Source: Raillietiella orientalis (taxonomy: Eukaryota). Taken from it: 64,000 nt of DNA. Positions 35,918 through 48,463 of the stretch are shown here, piece after piece. The stretch covers positions 3,038,001 through 3,102,000 of the forward strand of contig JAYWIR010000003.1 in NCBI GenBank assembly GCA_036172245.1. Reading direction: 5' to 3'. The notes under the pieces were generated by a model. That model was not told the DNA's origin and did no database searches. It saw only the letters and a program-made list of their open reading frames with translations. The translations under genes and the position numbers were made by a program. The number at the start of each line of letters is the position of its first letter. The first letter of the stretch is position 1.

Positions 35918-37370
35918 ATTTCCACCCGGACACGCGGGAGCGTTCCTTAAAATTCAAAAGAAACTCACCTCGTATTTTGGTTTGTCACCAGGATTTGCCG
36001 GGGCATTTATTATAAAAAATTATAATAAAAGTCGTCTATATTATAGATCCGTGGTAGAACATTTGATTCTACCACGCGCGAAGGACTTCCCGAAAACCGG
36101 TACGCAGACCGGCAGACCGGTGAGGTCCGTTCCTTCGGCGGAGGGGGAGGGAAAACCACAAAAACAAAAAAGAGAAGAAAAAGGGGGAGGAGGAGGAAGT
36201 TTCTAAGGGAGGGGGGAGGGGGGAGGGGGGAAGGATCACTGATCGCCTGGAGTTGTCCTCTGCATCCTGTTCAGGATGCTGACAAGTGCTGCTCTGGAAG
36301 TACCAGATGGGGCCATCTTGACGCGGTCTCCAAAAAGATCGTCGTCCAGTGGATGATGTCCCTGCCATTTTGCCTTCTTTTGGCGTTCCAGCATGCCACG
36401 ATTCCGTGGATACAGCAGCAGAGAGCTGCTAGGGACGCGGCTGGCTGCAGATCGGTACGTCGAAGGAGGCGGCGGAAAATGTTCCTTGATTCACCCTTCG
36501 GTCTTCCTAGGATGGTCGAGAGACGATTACAAAGGGGTCGAAGGGCAGAAATGTCTGCCAATAAGTGCGGGAAGGTTTTGCAGGTAGGACAAGTGGCCCT
36601 GACACACCCTGTTGTCACAGACCTGCCGGGTTGCCGGTGCGCAGCCCGACAGGCTCCCCTCGGCGGCAGAGGGGGGAGGGGAGAAAACAAAAAGAAGGAG
36701 TAAATAAAAATCTTTGGGAAGGGCGGGAAGGAGTCACTGTCCGCTGGAGGGAGTCAGCATCCTTTCCAGAATACCAGCTAGGTCCGTCAGAATAGGTCCC
36801 AGGTGGGGCCATCTGGGCTTTACCATCAGAAAGCGAACTGCGAGCTGGACAGCGTCCCTCCCTTCTCGTCCTCCGTCAGCCTCGCTCCAGGCCGCCACGA
36901 TACCGCGGATGCAGCAGACCACTGTCGCGGCTGGCTGCAGGGCGTCCCGCGCAAAGAGGAGAGCCGTAAGATGGGTCCCTGTGCCAACCAAGACCCTCCT
37001 GCTGTGTCCGCGGGACAGTAGCAGCCTGGAACGCGACAAGAAGATACCAGAATGTCAGGGACTCCATCCAGTGGGTGCATATCTTTTTGAATACCTCGCG
37101 TCGAGATGGTCCCATCTGGGCAACATGAGAACACCACTTGTCAGCATCCTAGGCAGGAAGCAGATGCCAGGATCTCCCGGCGTATTGTGACCCGTTCCCC
37201 ATCCTCCCTTCCCCAAGAAACATCTCTCTCTCTCTCCTACCCCTCCCTTTTTTTTTTTTTTTGCTTTGTGGTTTTCCCTCCCCCTTCGCTGATGGAGCGG
37301 ACCACACCAGTCTTCGTACCGGAGGATGACAAGTTGGGCAATCGTGGTGGACCAAGAGTTTCACCACGCG
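35918..37370. mobile_element. Cluster of short LINE 3' fragments (minus 35918-35960, 35986-36600, 36610-36980; plus ~37000-37370)
   Basis: Repeated AALCC..GIVA.W..FL..RWPHL peptides and 3' UTRs, with terminal motifs at 35922 and 35986. Confidence 0.75.
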
Positions 37371-37377
37371 ACTAATC

Positions 37378-37495
37378 GAAACCCACGACGCACCCCTGAT
37401 TTCTCTGGCATCAATGCTTCCCCGGGCGGGATTCGAACCCGCGACGCTCGGTGCCATGCCGCTGTATCTGCGCGCAGCCACACGGCCGCCCATAC
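37378..37495 (-). mobile_element. SINE 5' head fragment
   Basis: Minus strand ggccgtgtggctgcgcgcagatac...gcgggttcgaatcccgcccggg is very close to 33460-33570. Confidence 0.8.
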
Positions 37496-38059
37496 GGACC
37501 TCCCTCTTCAGGTCAGCCGCTCGCTCGTGAACACTCCGTTTCACGATTAACGTCCCAGCTCGCAGGGCGAGTGTGGACAGGGAGGACCACCCCCAGTGAC
37601 CTTGGCACTCCATTCCTCGTGTTTCCATTCATCTGCTCGTCGCCTCCTCCCTCCCACCGTTCCGGACTTGTTCCCCAGCTGCAGGATCCTGTGTCCACGT
37701 CCCTTTCCCACTGCCCCCTGCACCACAAAGGAAATCGGCTGTTCCTCCCGCGCTTCCATCTTCATGACGAGCGCCTCGGTGGGGGCGAAAAGTCTTCCGA
37801 GGCGGGGTGGCGGTTTTACTCGGCTACGTCTGCGCGTTTGCCGTAAAAGAAAAAATAGAAACAGAGACTCCTTCATTCACCCTGGAAGGTCCTCCCTTCG
37901 TAGGGAGAACGGCCACGTCCCTAGCTGCTTCGGAGGCTTCGCTGCCCCCGAACAACTCGCCGAAAGAGGAGTGCACGGAGGAAAAGGAGGTGGGAGGAAA
38001 CAAAAGCAAGATTCAGACGTCAAGCATGAAAGGAGTTTCTAGAAAGATCGGAAGGGAGA

Positions 38060-38700
38060 GAAAGAGGGAGGGGAAGTAAAGGGAGGGATCACGGAAACCT
38101 CCCAGCATCTTATCCTGGATGCCAGCAAGCTGGTGCTGGAGGCGAGGCCATCTCGTAGTCATCCTGAAGAAGGAGATCCCGAGTGGCATGGCGCCTCTGG
38201 TCGCCCGGCCTCTTTCGCTGCTCTGCTCTTTTCGGCTCCGTGGAAGCAGAGCGAGAAGCCACGATCGCCGCCGCAGGCGACGTCGCGGCACGTGGGGAGA
38301 GGCACTCTCGGCACTCCTTTGAAGTCGTCATCCCTCGGGAATTGGAGGGACATTCCCGCGGGACCCGCCGGAGGGGAAAAACGCACTCGAAGAGCAGGCG
38401 CGCGGCGGGGTTATCCTTCTTCCCGTGCAGAGTGCATCCTCCTCCCGATCTGGCGGCGGCGGCGTGCGTTGAGCGGGGCAACCCGATGCCCGATGTAGCA
38501 GTCGCAACGGCGGCGAGTGCCCGACACTTCGATGGAAGCGCGGGAGCTGTCCAAGAGCACCGCAGGGGATGTCCACTTTGCCCGAGCGAGGAGATTCCAG
38601 AGAGGTGCTTCCGGAGGACCTTCTGGATGGGTGCAGCCGGAGGTGGAGGCGTCGGCCGACCGACTCGCTGCCGGTAAGGCGGAGGAAAGGCCGAGGGAGC
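38060..38700 (-). mobile_element. L1/Tx1-like LINE 3' fragment
   Basis: SFFRMTTRWPRLQHQLAGIQDKM matches the family C-terminus. Confidence 0.6.
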
Positions 38701-39069
38701 AGGAATGAAGCGAGAAGGGAAAGGAAGGAGTGGATGGCGTTCCTCTCTACCCTATTCGCCTCGTCCAGGGAGAAGGATGCGTCTCCGACAGCTCACGTGA
38801 CCTCCAGTGCTCTCCCGAAACGAAGAACGTCGCGCCGCCCTTCTTCTTCGCTCGGAGACGCTGCTGCCCCAAACGCTCCGCTGCGCAGCAAGATCCCCAG
38901 GGCAAACATGGCACAGGCTTCGTGAGAGGGCAGGGTCTTCTCTCCCGGATGCAGTTACTGGAAAAGGGGGAGGGAGGGACAGAAAAGAAAACGGCCCTTT
39001 GCATTGGGAGCTGCTGCTGACTCCCGAAGGGAAGGCAGGGGGACTGCTTGCCATCCTGAGCCAGAATGG

Positions 39070-40438
39070 GGCGGCAGCGGGCTACAAAATGCCCCGCCAG
39101 CTTTGCAGGTCTGACGGAGGCGTCGGTCTTCTGATTCTGGAGCTCCAGCTCCAGTGGAGGACACTCGCCCTAGTGACGAAGATGTGGAGCGCCGACTGGC
39201 GCGAGCCCGCACGATACCTGGTCAATCGCACCACCGGCTACGCAGGACTGTCTTCGTTCCTGGGGCGGTGGCGCAGTCGCAGCGTGTCCCGCTGCGGAGT
39301 TCAGCCCCGGCGAGTGGCCAAGCTGACCGGGACCAACAACTGGATCTTCTGCCGGACCGCGAACGGCAGCGCCTGGTTGCACGAAACCGTTCGCACATGG
39401 GCCAGGAACAAGGGAGCGAGCCCGGAGATGCGGCAGTGGCTGCTGCACTCCCTTCTACAGCAACCCCTCGCTGCAGGACGTCATCGTGCAGTCCAGCACG
39501 TGTGCGTGGGCGCAAAGAAGCTCCCTAGCAGCGGCACTGCCCTCCCTCAGGGAGTACCTGGGTGGTAATCAGCCGGTCAAATGGGAGGTCAGTTGCGGAA
39601 TCCGTGGAAGGAAGATAGGATTAGGTGGTTGGACCACGGGTCAGCTCACGGACGCTGCGACCCCGAGTACCCCACCGAAGGGACTACTGCGCTGGGGTGA
39701 GCTGCTGGGAATCCCACAGGAAGACCTCGTGTGGTCTCCCCGGCGCTGGAGAGCAACCGGCCCTTCTCCCTGGAGTGTCAGGAGTCGGCACTCCTGCTGT
39801 TGCACTGGGGCCTCCCGTGCAACGCCGCCTGTCTCGCTGGACCCGGGCGCTGTGGACCCAAACGGTTGCAGGTGCGGGGAACGGGAATCCCGGCTCCTGC
39901 ATCTGCTCGTAGACTGCGTTGCCCTCCGGCTCCTGTGGTTGCGCTACCCAACGGCCCTTGGTTCACCGACGAACGATCCCAGGGACATGATGAAGCGCCT
40001 CTTCGTGCGCGATGCCCTTTCGCCTACCGCATCCCCAGCAGCTCTTTGCTGCTACCTACGCGGGATCGTGGCGGCCTGGAGCTACGCCAGAGATGGACAA
40101 GGATGCCATCTGCTTCTCCCTGCGCTTCCTGAGGACGGCAGCAAGATGCTCCCATCTTGAACAAAAACAGAAGGAACTTTCAGGCGTCCTGGAAAGGATG
40201 CAGAGGAAGCCTTCCAGCACCCGGTGATCCCTTCCCCAACCCTCCCATTTTTTTCTGTATGTATTTTTTTTGTGTTTTATTTTTGTTTTTGTTCGTCCCT
40301 CAGCCGCCGAGGCGAACCTCGCTGACGTGCGTGCCGGTCACTCGACAGGCTCCGAGCATTTTCGGACGATGCAGGGAGAATGGCCCTACACATGTATGTT
40401 TATTATTTTTATGATTGAACTCCTGGCGTTACCGGGTG
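39070..40438 (+). mobile_element. L1/Tx1-like LINE, 5'-truncated
   Basis: LCRSDGGVGLLILELQLQWRTLAL (GGLGL motif), zf-RVT remnant and the terminal hairpin at 40422-40436. Confidence 0.85.
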
Positions 40439-40841
40439 TTGAGCCAGCTCTCCGGGCAGCTTCGAGGGAACCGTCTCTGGGTGCCCTTCCAGGTGGGATC
40501 TCTGGTTGTTGCGGAGTCTGCGCGCTCTGATGAATCAGGAATGGTTCCTCGGCTTCGTTGCGATTAACCGTTGCACATGCTCCAGGGTCTTCGCTATTTT
40601 CTACATTTTTTTTTTCTTCCTGTCCTTAATTTGTGATTTGCCATGGTTAGATAGGTCGCTCAGGGCGGTGAGCAAGAATTCGCTTATGGGAAGAATAATC
40701 TTCGGTAGTAGAGGATGCCTTCAGGGTTTTATAATTATGCATAAGGAGCGGGCGGATGAGTTATTGGGCAAGATGACTTACAATTGACTTCCGACTTGCA
40801 AGGTGGATGTTTACTGTGGAGGATAGGACGAACAGGGGGAG

Positions 40842-41020
40842 GCCAGTAGCGACCTCACAAGGAGAGCATCGCTACTCACCTAAGAGCGATGGGACCCTTG
40901 ATTCGTTTCTGTGCTGCTTTCCGCGTCCTTTCAGTTTTTTTTTTTTTTAGGTTTTTTTTCGGCTTTCCTACTTTTTTTTCCGTTTTGTTTCCGCAAGTTC
41001 GCAAAAACCGGTGCTTGACT
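40842..41020 (-). mobile_element. SINE extreme 3' end
   Basis: Minus strand shows A-tracts and then agtagcgatg...gaggtcgctactggc, matching 34125-34291 including the terminal hairpin. Confidence 0.6.
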
Positions 41021-41029
41021 CCATGTGGG

Positions 41030-43437
41030 GGGGGGGGGTCACCAGAATGGCTTGACAACGCCGCAACATGGAGATTTGCGAGGCTCTTCCTCTGCCACGC
41101 ACCTGAGGTGCCCACGAAGTGGGAAGATGCCATCCCATCTCGATCTTCGGTGGCGTCCGGCCGCGGACGCGAGCGTGCGCGTGGAGCCATCCCAGAGTCA
41201 TCTTGCGGAGGGACTCAACACCAACGACGCATACAACACGGCGTCGATCCTTTCTGAGAACGAGAGAGCTGGTGGTAGCCGCCACTCCCGGGGGAAGAGA
41301 CTTTTTCGATGGAGCGAACTCTTCAGTCGAACCCCTGAAGAACTCGTGGTGCCTCCAAGGGGAAAATCGAAGTGTTCCCACCAAGGTGGAAGCAGGATGT
41401 TCTGCTGTATCCGCGGTGGCGCTTCCGGTGCAGTCAGCTCCGGTCTCTCGTTTCCAGGATAGCTGCATCCCCGAACTGTTCCAGGAGAGAAACAACAGAA
41501 TCGATTCTGTACCCATTGTCGGACTGCGGCGCCCTCGGGAACATCTGACGGAGGCTGTCTTCGGCGCTCCTGCACCAGGAGGACCCCGCCCACGAACAGC
41601 CACAGTTCTTCGCGCGCGACGGACTCGTCATCGTCACGACTCTCCATATGCTGGAGATTCAGGCACAGGAAAGGGAGGTCATCCGCATGGCTGCCGCTTA
41701 CATGAGGACGGCTGCTAGTCGGCCTCATCTGCAAAAGGGCCATGAGCTGGAGGGACGGACTGGATGCTGTTGGGAATCCCCACGGGAGAGTGCTTCAAGT
41801 ACCTTTCCACGGGGACTTCTGCATAGCAGAAGTCTGGCCCGGCCGTCTCCAAAAAGGGGAGATGGCGCTCGGCCGGTTCCTGGAGGGCAAGTTTTGCTTG
41901 CAGGAACGGGCCGTGATGTGCAGCTCGCCTCCTCCTCCCCCTGCTTTTTGTTTGCCCCGTCCCAACCAACATCAGGAAGCGAACTGAGGACCTCCTGAGG
42001 AAAGCCCTGTGGGGCAAAGGGATGTCCAGATTTCCGTTGAAAGACTTGTGCGCCCCGCGCAAGGATGGTGGACTGGGCCTCCTTGCGCTGGAGCATATGG
42101 AGCGACAGCTCCAGTTCAGAAGACTCTCGCTTGCGGCGGAGTTTTGGTCAATGCCTTGGTGCACACCTGCACGGCTCCTGGCCAAAAGAGAGCAACCGGC
42201 TGCGAAGGACTTTCTTCGGTCCTCGTGGCCAACGACGCGAGTCTGAGGCATTGAGGCCATCAGCTCCGTACCGGATGGTTGCCTGGATGGAGGAGAACAC
42301 CTGGATCTCCTACCTCCCCGCGAACTGCATTGTCTGACTTCAGGAGTCAGTTTCAGCATGGAGGAAGATCCACCGCTCGAGCGAGGATGAGTGCTCCTGC
42401 CTCCGTAAAGGGAAGTATGATCGACAGCTCCCGCGGGAGATCGTGTGCCACCCACGCAAACTGCTGTGGAACTCGTTCACCCTCCCCCCCCCCCCCTTGT
42501 CCCAGTGCTGCCCTCCTTTAGAAACACTAGGGACAGTGACGTGCCGGCAAGATGGGATGTGTACCGCCGTATCCAAGGCAGAAAAAAACTTTTAAGAGCG
42601 TCGTCAACTCTGCAGCAAGCGGACACTGCGACCCCGAGTGTCCCGCCAAAAGAACTTTTACACTGAGGCGAGCTGCCCGCAGTCTTCTTCCACACCTCCC
42701 AAGCGGCCCCCGGCGTGGTGGAACAGCAGCACCCTCCCCCTCAAATGGCGGGAGTTGGCGTTCCTAGTGTTGCATGGGAGAATCCCGTGCAAAGAGCGCC
42801 TTCACCGCTGGACACGGGGGAGTGTGGGTGAGGATTGGGACAGGTGAGGCGAGGAAGGAGACCTTCTCGCACCTCGTACTAGACTGTGTCCAGCCCTCTC
42901 GACTCCTTTGGGATCATCGAGGGACGATCCTAAGAATTCCAGTGAGCAGTCCCAGGGACATTTTTCTACGTCTCTTTGCGCGTACCACTCTGCTACCAGC
43001 TGTGTCCCTCGCAGTCCTTTGTTGTGTCCTCGGGATCGTGGCAGCCTGGAACGCAGGAAGAAGAAGCCAGAATGACAGGGACTCCGTTCACTGGGCGCGG
43101 ATCTTTCTGCAGACCGCCGCGAGATGGCCCACCGAGACGCTATACGGGCATAACTTGTCAGCATCCTGGACAGGATGCAGAGGACGTCTCTCAGCGATAT
43201 GTGATCCCCCCCCCTCCCCGGAAAACTCTTCCTCTCTTTTTTGTTTGTTTATCTGTTTGTTTTCGGTTTCCCCTTTCCCGTCGCCGCGGAAACGCACCTC
43301 GCCGGTCTACGTACCCGTCGTGACAAGTTCCAAGCAGGTGGTAGAACCAAGTGTTCTACCACTTTGCTGACACGTCTGTTGTTATTGACACGTCTTTGTT
43401 ATGATTTTAATAATAGATGTACCGGAAAAACCGGGTG
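41030..43437 (+). mobile_element. Longest L1/Tx1-like LINE copy (RT through 3' end), inactive
   Basis: Ordered remnants WRP, FFARDGLVIV (degenerate YADD), FKYL, W..K..LGRF..FCLQERA, LCAPRKDGGLGL, WRELAFLVLHGRIPCKERL and ETFSHLVLDC. Multiple frameshifts. Hairpin at 43421-43435. Confidence 0.85.
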
Positions 43438-43459
43438 AAACACCCGCAAGAGGAAGCCA

Positions 43460-43730
43460 GAAGGGAGGTCGCCGGCATCCCGCGACGGTTCTGGAACGAA
43501 GAGACGGCCAAAGCCAAGGTCCCATGGACCTGCCCCCCTGTTTTCTACATTTTTTTTTTTAATTATTAATATTTATCGTCCCCTCCCACTCGCTCCGGAC
43601 TTTTGGAGTGACCGACCCGGGTGACGTCTGTGAACTCTCCTCCCCTTGAGCTTCCTTTTATTCCCTCCTGGGAACCGCGCTCCCAGCTTTCTTTTTTGAA
43701 CAAGCGCCCCGGAGTGACCGGGCGAAAAAT
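43460..43730 (+). mobile_element. LINE variant 3' UTR
   Basis: Aligns with 2780-2960 and ends in cccgg-agtga-ccggg at 43708-43722. Confidence 0.65.
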
Positions 43731-44439
43731 CCTTACCTGTGGCTTCCGGACCTGCGACGCTAGATGGCGCGCGGAGGCTGCGTGGCCACACAGGTCCGCC
43801 GACGCCTCCGAGATGCTGCACATCGATCCTACAATGGGTATAGGCGAGTAGGGAAATGTTCTGTCCTAATGAGAGTGGGCGACGAGTGCATCGGAAGCCT
43901 GGAGGTTTCCTTCTGATGGGGACACTCAGGGAAGGGAGGTGGGGAAAAGGAGGATGAATGATGAGAAGCCCACTTGGCTTTGACGGTGAAGGATGGCCCA
44001 CATGCCTGTGTTTCTTCCGGTCGCTAGGGAGCTGGAGAAGGCCGACATGTGGATGGAATGGAACAAAGTATTGATTTCATTAATGACATTCATGTCAAGA
44101 ATGTCATCAATAAAATCAATACTGTATTCCTGTTAACAAAGGGAGAGCGAGGGAAGGAAGGCGTGCAATGCCGTCTTCTCCTGCCGCATTGCACGAGCGT
44201 CATCCCTTCAAATCCCGTTCAGGACGAGGCTGTGACTGCAGGAAGTGGACCGTCTGGTACTTCTGGTGTGTGTCCTGTGAGTATCGATTGGCCCGGGTGA
44301 ACCGCTTTCTAATGAACAAGGTCGAGAAAGGAGCGAGTTCTTGTGGAGCCTTACTCCTGCAGCGGAAGCAACCCGACCCCGACCCTGTCACCCAGGCTCC
44401 CTTCGCCCCCAACGTCCCTTTGTTATCCCTTTGTCCTTT

Positions 44440-46454
44440 CCCTTTGTTCCTTTGTCCTCCCTCGTCTCGGAACGTCCCTTGGGATACCGGTTGGCGGCAA
44501 TCCCAGAAGAGTTTGCAGTCTTCTCTTCGTGCGGGACACCCTGAAGCCAGCCGCAGCCCTGGCAGCACTTTGCTGCATCCGTGGTATTGTGGCGGCCTGG
44601 AGTGAAGCCGAAGATGAAGATTCCATCGTAACGGATGTCATCCCGTATGCTGTTCGCTTCCTGAAGAGAGCTACCGGATGGCGCCAGCTGAGTAGACTGA
44701 AGGAGGACCTCGAGGGAATCCTGCAAAGGATGGACCCTCCTCCCAATGGGTAGTGATCCCTTCCCTTCCCTCCAAAATCTCTTTTTTTTTTTCGGTTATT
44801 GTTTTATTTTTATTTTTTGTTTTTTCCCCCTTCCCCTTCCACTGCCGAGGAGAGTCACGCTGGTCTGCGTCCCGGCATCCCGGCAGGTCCTGGGAAATGT
44901 TGGCCGTTAGTGGGGCCTTGTACCACATAATGTATTGACGATTGAAAAGTTTTATTAAACGTCCTGGCGTACCCGGGTGGCATCGCCCAAACCTGAAGCC
45001 ACCCTGCTCCAGTTCTTGCTGTAACGGGCCGCGGTTTCTTCCTCTCGGGTCTTCCCCGGTGAGGAAGAAAAGAGACGAAGGACCTTCTGAGAATTGCCCT
45101 GTGGGATAGACGAAGGTCCCTCGAGTCCAGCTGGAGGACTCGCGCGGTCCGCGTCGAGACAGCGGCCTCGGCTTCCTGACTCTGGAGCGAATGGAGATCC
45201 GGCTGCAGTGGAGATTGTTGGGCCATCGCAGCAAAATGCTGGAGCAGCCCTCTGGTGCATTCCCGTGCGCTTCCTCTCCAGCCATGCAGTCGGAATGGGA
45301 GGACGTGCGACTCGCCTCTTGTGCTCCTGCTGAAAGGTGGGAGAGTGCGACGTCCTCCTCGGGCGGTTGGCCGCACTGGGGAAGGAGAGCGGCCGGATGC
45401 CCTGCAGCCCCGCCAACTGCAGCACTCGGCCACAAGAAGCAGTTGGCACGTGGGCGAAGTCGGAGTCCCGCTCGGAGACGCCTGCGACTCGGCATCCGAG
45501 TCCGCTGCTCGCTGCAGAAGACACTGAAGAGTCCCCAAATGAGCGAGTGGGTGGAGCGCCCTTCCCCTTTCTTGCCTTCCCTGAGGGAGGCGAATTTTAG
45601 CAGCCTGCCAGTGGGATGGGGAGTCCCCTGTGAGCTTGCAGGCAGGCGGAAGCGGACGAGTCGTTGGAGCACGGGGCAACTGACGGACGCTGCGACCCCG
45701 AGTGCCCTTCCACGAGGGCTTCAACGCTAGGGAGGGCTGCTCGGTGTTCTCCGTGAAGACCTGGATTGACCCCAGGTGTTCGCGAACAGCGGCATCCCCT
45801 CCCCCTGAAGTGGAAGGAGTCGGCACTCCTGCTGTTGAACTGGGGTCTTCCCTGTAACCTCCGACGACACCACCGGACACTTGGGAGTGCCATTCCGGAC
45901 TGCCGCAGGTGCAGCTAACGGGACTCCCCCCTCCCACACCTGCTTGTGACCTCTGTCACTCTCCGGCCCCTGTGGTAACGTTTGGAGGTGGCCCTGAGGC
46001 CCAGAGGTGCTTCGAAACTCCTCTTCGTGAGCCAGGCGCAGCTATTCGTTGCATCTGCGCGATCGTGGCGGCCTGGAGCGAGGCTGACAGAGGGCAAGAC
46101 AGGAGGGGCGCTGTTTAGCTCGCAGTTAGCTTTCTGAGGATAGAGTCCAGATGGCCCCACCTGGGACCTATTCTGAAACGACATAACCGGCGTTCTGGAA
46201 AGGATGCAAACTCCCTCCAGCGGACCGTAGTCCCTTCCCGGCCCTCCATAGAGTCTTTATTTATTCTTTATTTAATTCTTATTTTTTTGTTCTTCCCCCC
46301 TCCCCCCGCTGCCGAGGTGGCCCTCGTCGATCTGTGCACCGGGAACCCGACAGGTCCGATGTTTACTCTGAGCATGGTAGGACCACGTGTGTCCCACCAC
46401 ATCGTGGCGAGTTTGCTGTTTGTTTTTAATAAACTTTCCGGCGTGACCGGGTGG
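44440..46454 (+). mobile_element. Two tandem L1/Tx1-like LINE 3' fragments (44440-44979 and ~44990-46454)
   Basis: LFVRDTLKPAAALAALCCIRGIVAAW. Terminal hairpins at 44963-44977 (after ATTAAA) and 46437-46451 (after AATAAA). Confidence 0.8.
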
Positions 46455-48463
46455 GCAGTGCCCAAACCTGTTTTTCGGAGGGCCCCGACATGGAAGAGTC
46501 TAGACCAAGCGGCTTTCCTAAGCACTCGTGTGCCTCGCCCGAATTCTAGTGTCAGGAGTTCACTCCCGCGATCTCGAAAGTGGTTCTTCATCTCTCTGCT
46601 TTTCGGCTCTTGAGTCGGCCCCGCGCGCATCCGCCGGTGGTGACCGAACGGACCATGGACGGAGCGCGTGGAGGCTCTCTCGGTCTCCGCGACGAAGAAC
46701 AGGTCGCTCGCCTGGGAAGGCGTCGCCGGGATCCCTGCTCTGCCTGAGCGAGCTGAGGAGGTTGTGTCGAGCAGCAGGGAGCCGAGAGGCATCCCCGCTT
46801 CGCTCCCCGAGAATCCGAAAAAGCTCTGGTCACTGCTTGTGCAGATGCGCGCGAGTCCTTCTCACTTGCCCACGAGACTCGGGAAGACGATCTCCACAAG
46901 CGTCGGTAGCACTGGCCACTATCGGTCTTGGATGCTGCTCGACTCAATCCACGCGCGGGCCACCCTACTGGCCTGCCGGAGACGAAGTTTTTGGCTGCAT
47001 TGGGATGGGAAAATCGCATAGCGACGATCTTGGCGGCTCAGAATGATGTTTGTCTTCAGGGCAAACCGTAACCTGGAGGTACTGCCGTTATTTCGGGGGT
47101 GAGGAGGAGCAACCCTTCTGGACAGGTGCACAAGTGTCCGTAAAAGAAGCATCAAAAGCGAAAGATACGTCCATAGGAACAAAAACGATGGACGCGCAGC
47201 GTTGCTTGTGCACACCAGCATAACGATAGATGAGAGGCCTCTTGAACTGGGAGGGCTGCTGCTGCATGCGAGAAACGATGACCCCTGTGACTGGCTGAAG
47301 GACGAGGAGGATGTCACTTAAGCGCTGAGCTGTTTTTCTGCACGGCTTCCACTTGCAGACACTTAAGTGTCTCCAATCGGCTTATCAGCGGCAAGTTCTG
47401 GGTGCTTCCGAAGGAAGTGCACAGCTGAATATTAACAGCGACCTCTTTAGATTGCCTTTCCTGCTCTTTGTCACGTGATTTCCCGCCCGTCCTCCTCCCC
47501 TCCCCTGTTTGGACAGTTATGCTGTTACAGTTACAGCTGATTTTCCTCCACACGAACCGGAGACTTTCATGGAATAGGTCCAGGAGCTGGTGCCTACGAA
47601 GTCACCATTTCGTATGCACGAGGCTAGGCCGGAAATGGTGACGGCAGAAGAAAGACGCAGCCTCGCAGGCCTCTGCGAACCGAAGAGCAGCCATTGGTAG
47701 CAGACTTAAAGCTTGAACGAGCTACGGGGGGCAGGGTAGCAACCCCCCCCCGTAGCTCGTTCGGAATAATGATCAGACCTTCTTACTCGAGCGTAGGCCC
47801 CCATCCCAAATTATAGCCCACGGGACTTCTGGCATTCGTTCAATTGCTCACTGGCTATCCGGCGTTCAGAAACAAAGTCACCTGCCGATGAAGACAGAGG
47901 TCACGCGTGCTCTTTTGACTCCAAACGTACTGATGAATGAAGAAGGCGCGACGTTGAGTTGGGAGATGCGGGCGCCTGTTGCCACATGACGCTCCAGCCT
48001 CAGCATGTCCCGAAGAATGCTTCGCGCGGGTCGATGCTGGAACCTTCCAGCGGTGGAGCGGAAGGCCTTAGGAACGGGCGCGCGCCTCCCTCGTAACGAC
48101 GAGGCAATCCGCGATGCAAGCCCATTTTGTCGCTTTCTGTCCCGAGACGAACCCCGGAAAGAGGGACATTTCGGTGCCTCCCTTGCTCAGGTTTAATGTG
48201 TACACAATTTCCGGTGCAAGTCCGGGACGTGGCGCCTCGCGACCGGCTCCGCGACGACTCCCGACGGAAGGATGCTGCATGCCTTCGTGCGATGCGGGAA
48301 TCCGTCCGTCCGCTGCTGCCGGGAGGACGACGCCGTAATCGCCCGGGTTGATGCCGCGCTTGTCTTCCAGGTGGCCCCTCCGACCGCTGGATGAGACGGC
48401 ACGGATGAGGGGCGGGCGGGGTGGGGAGGTGGCTAACGGGAAGGCGGGGACGGCAGACGCCCC

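Noticed and set aside
48185..48215. Spliced-leader-like GGTTTAAT
   Set aside because: The match to nematode SL1 stops after 8 nt, with no donor site or Sm-binding site following.
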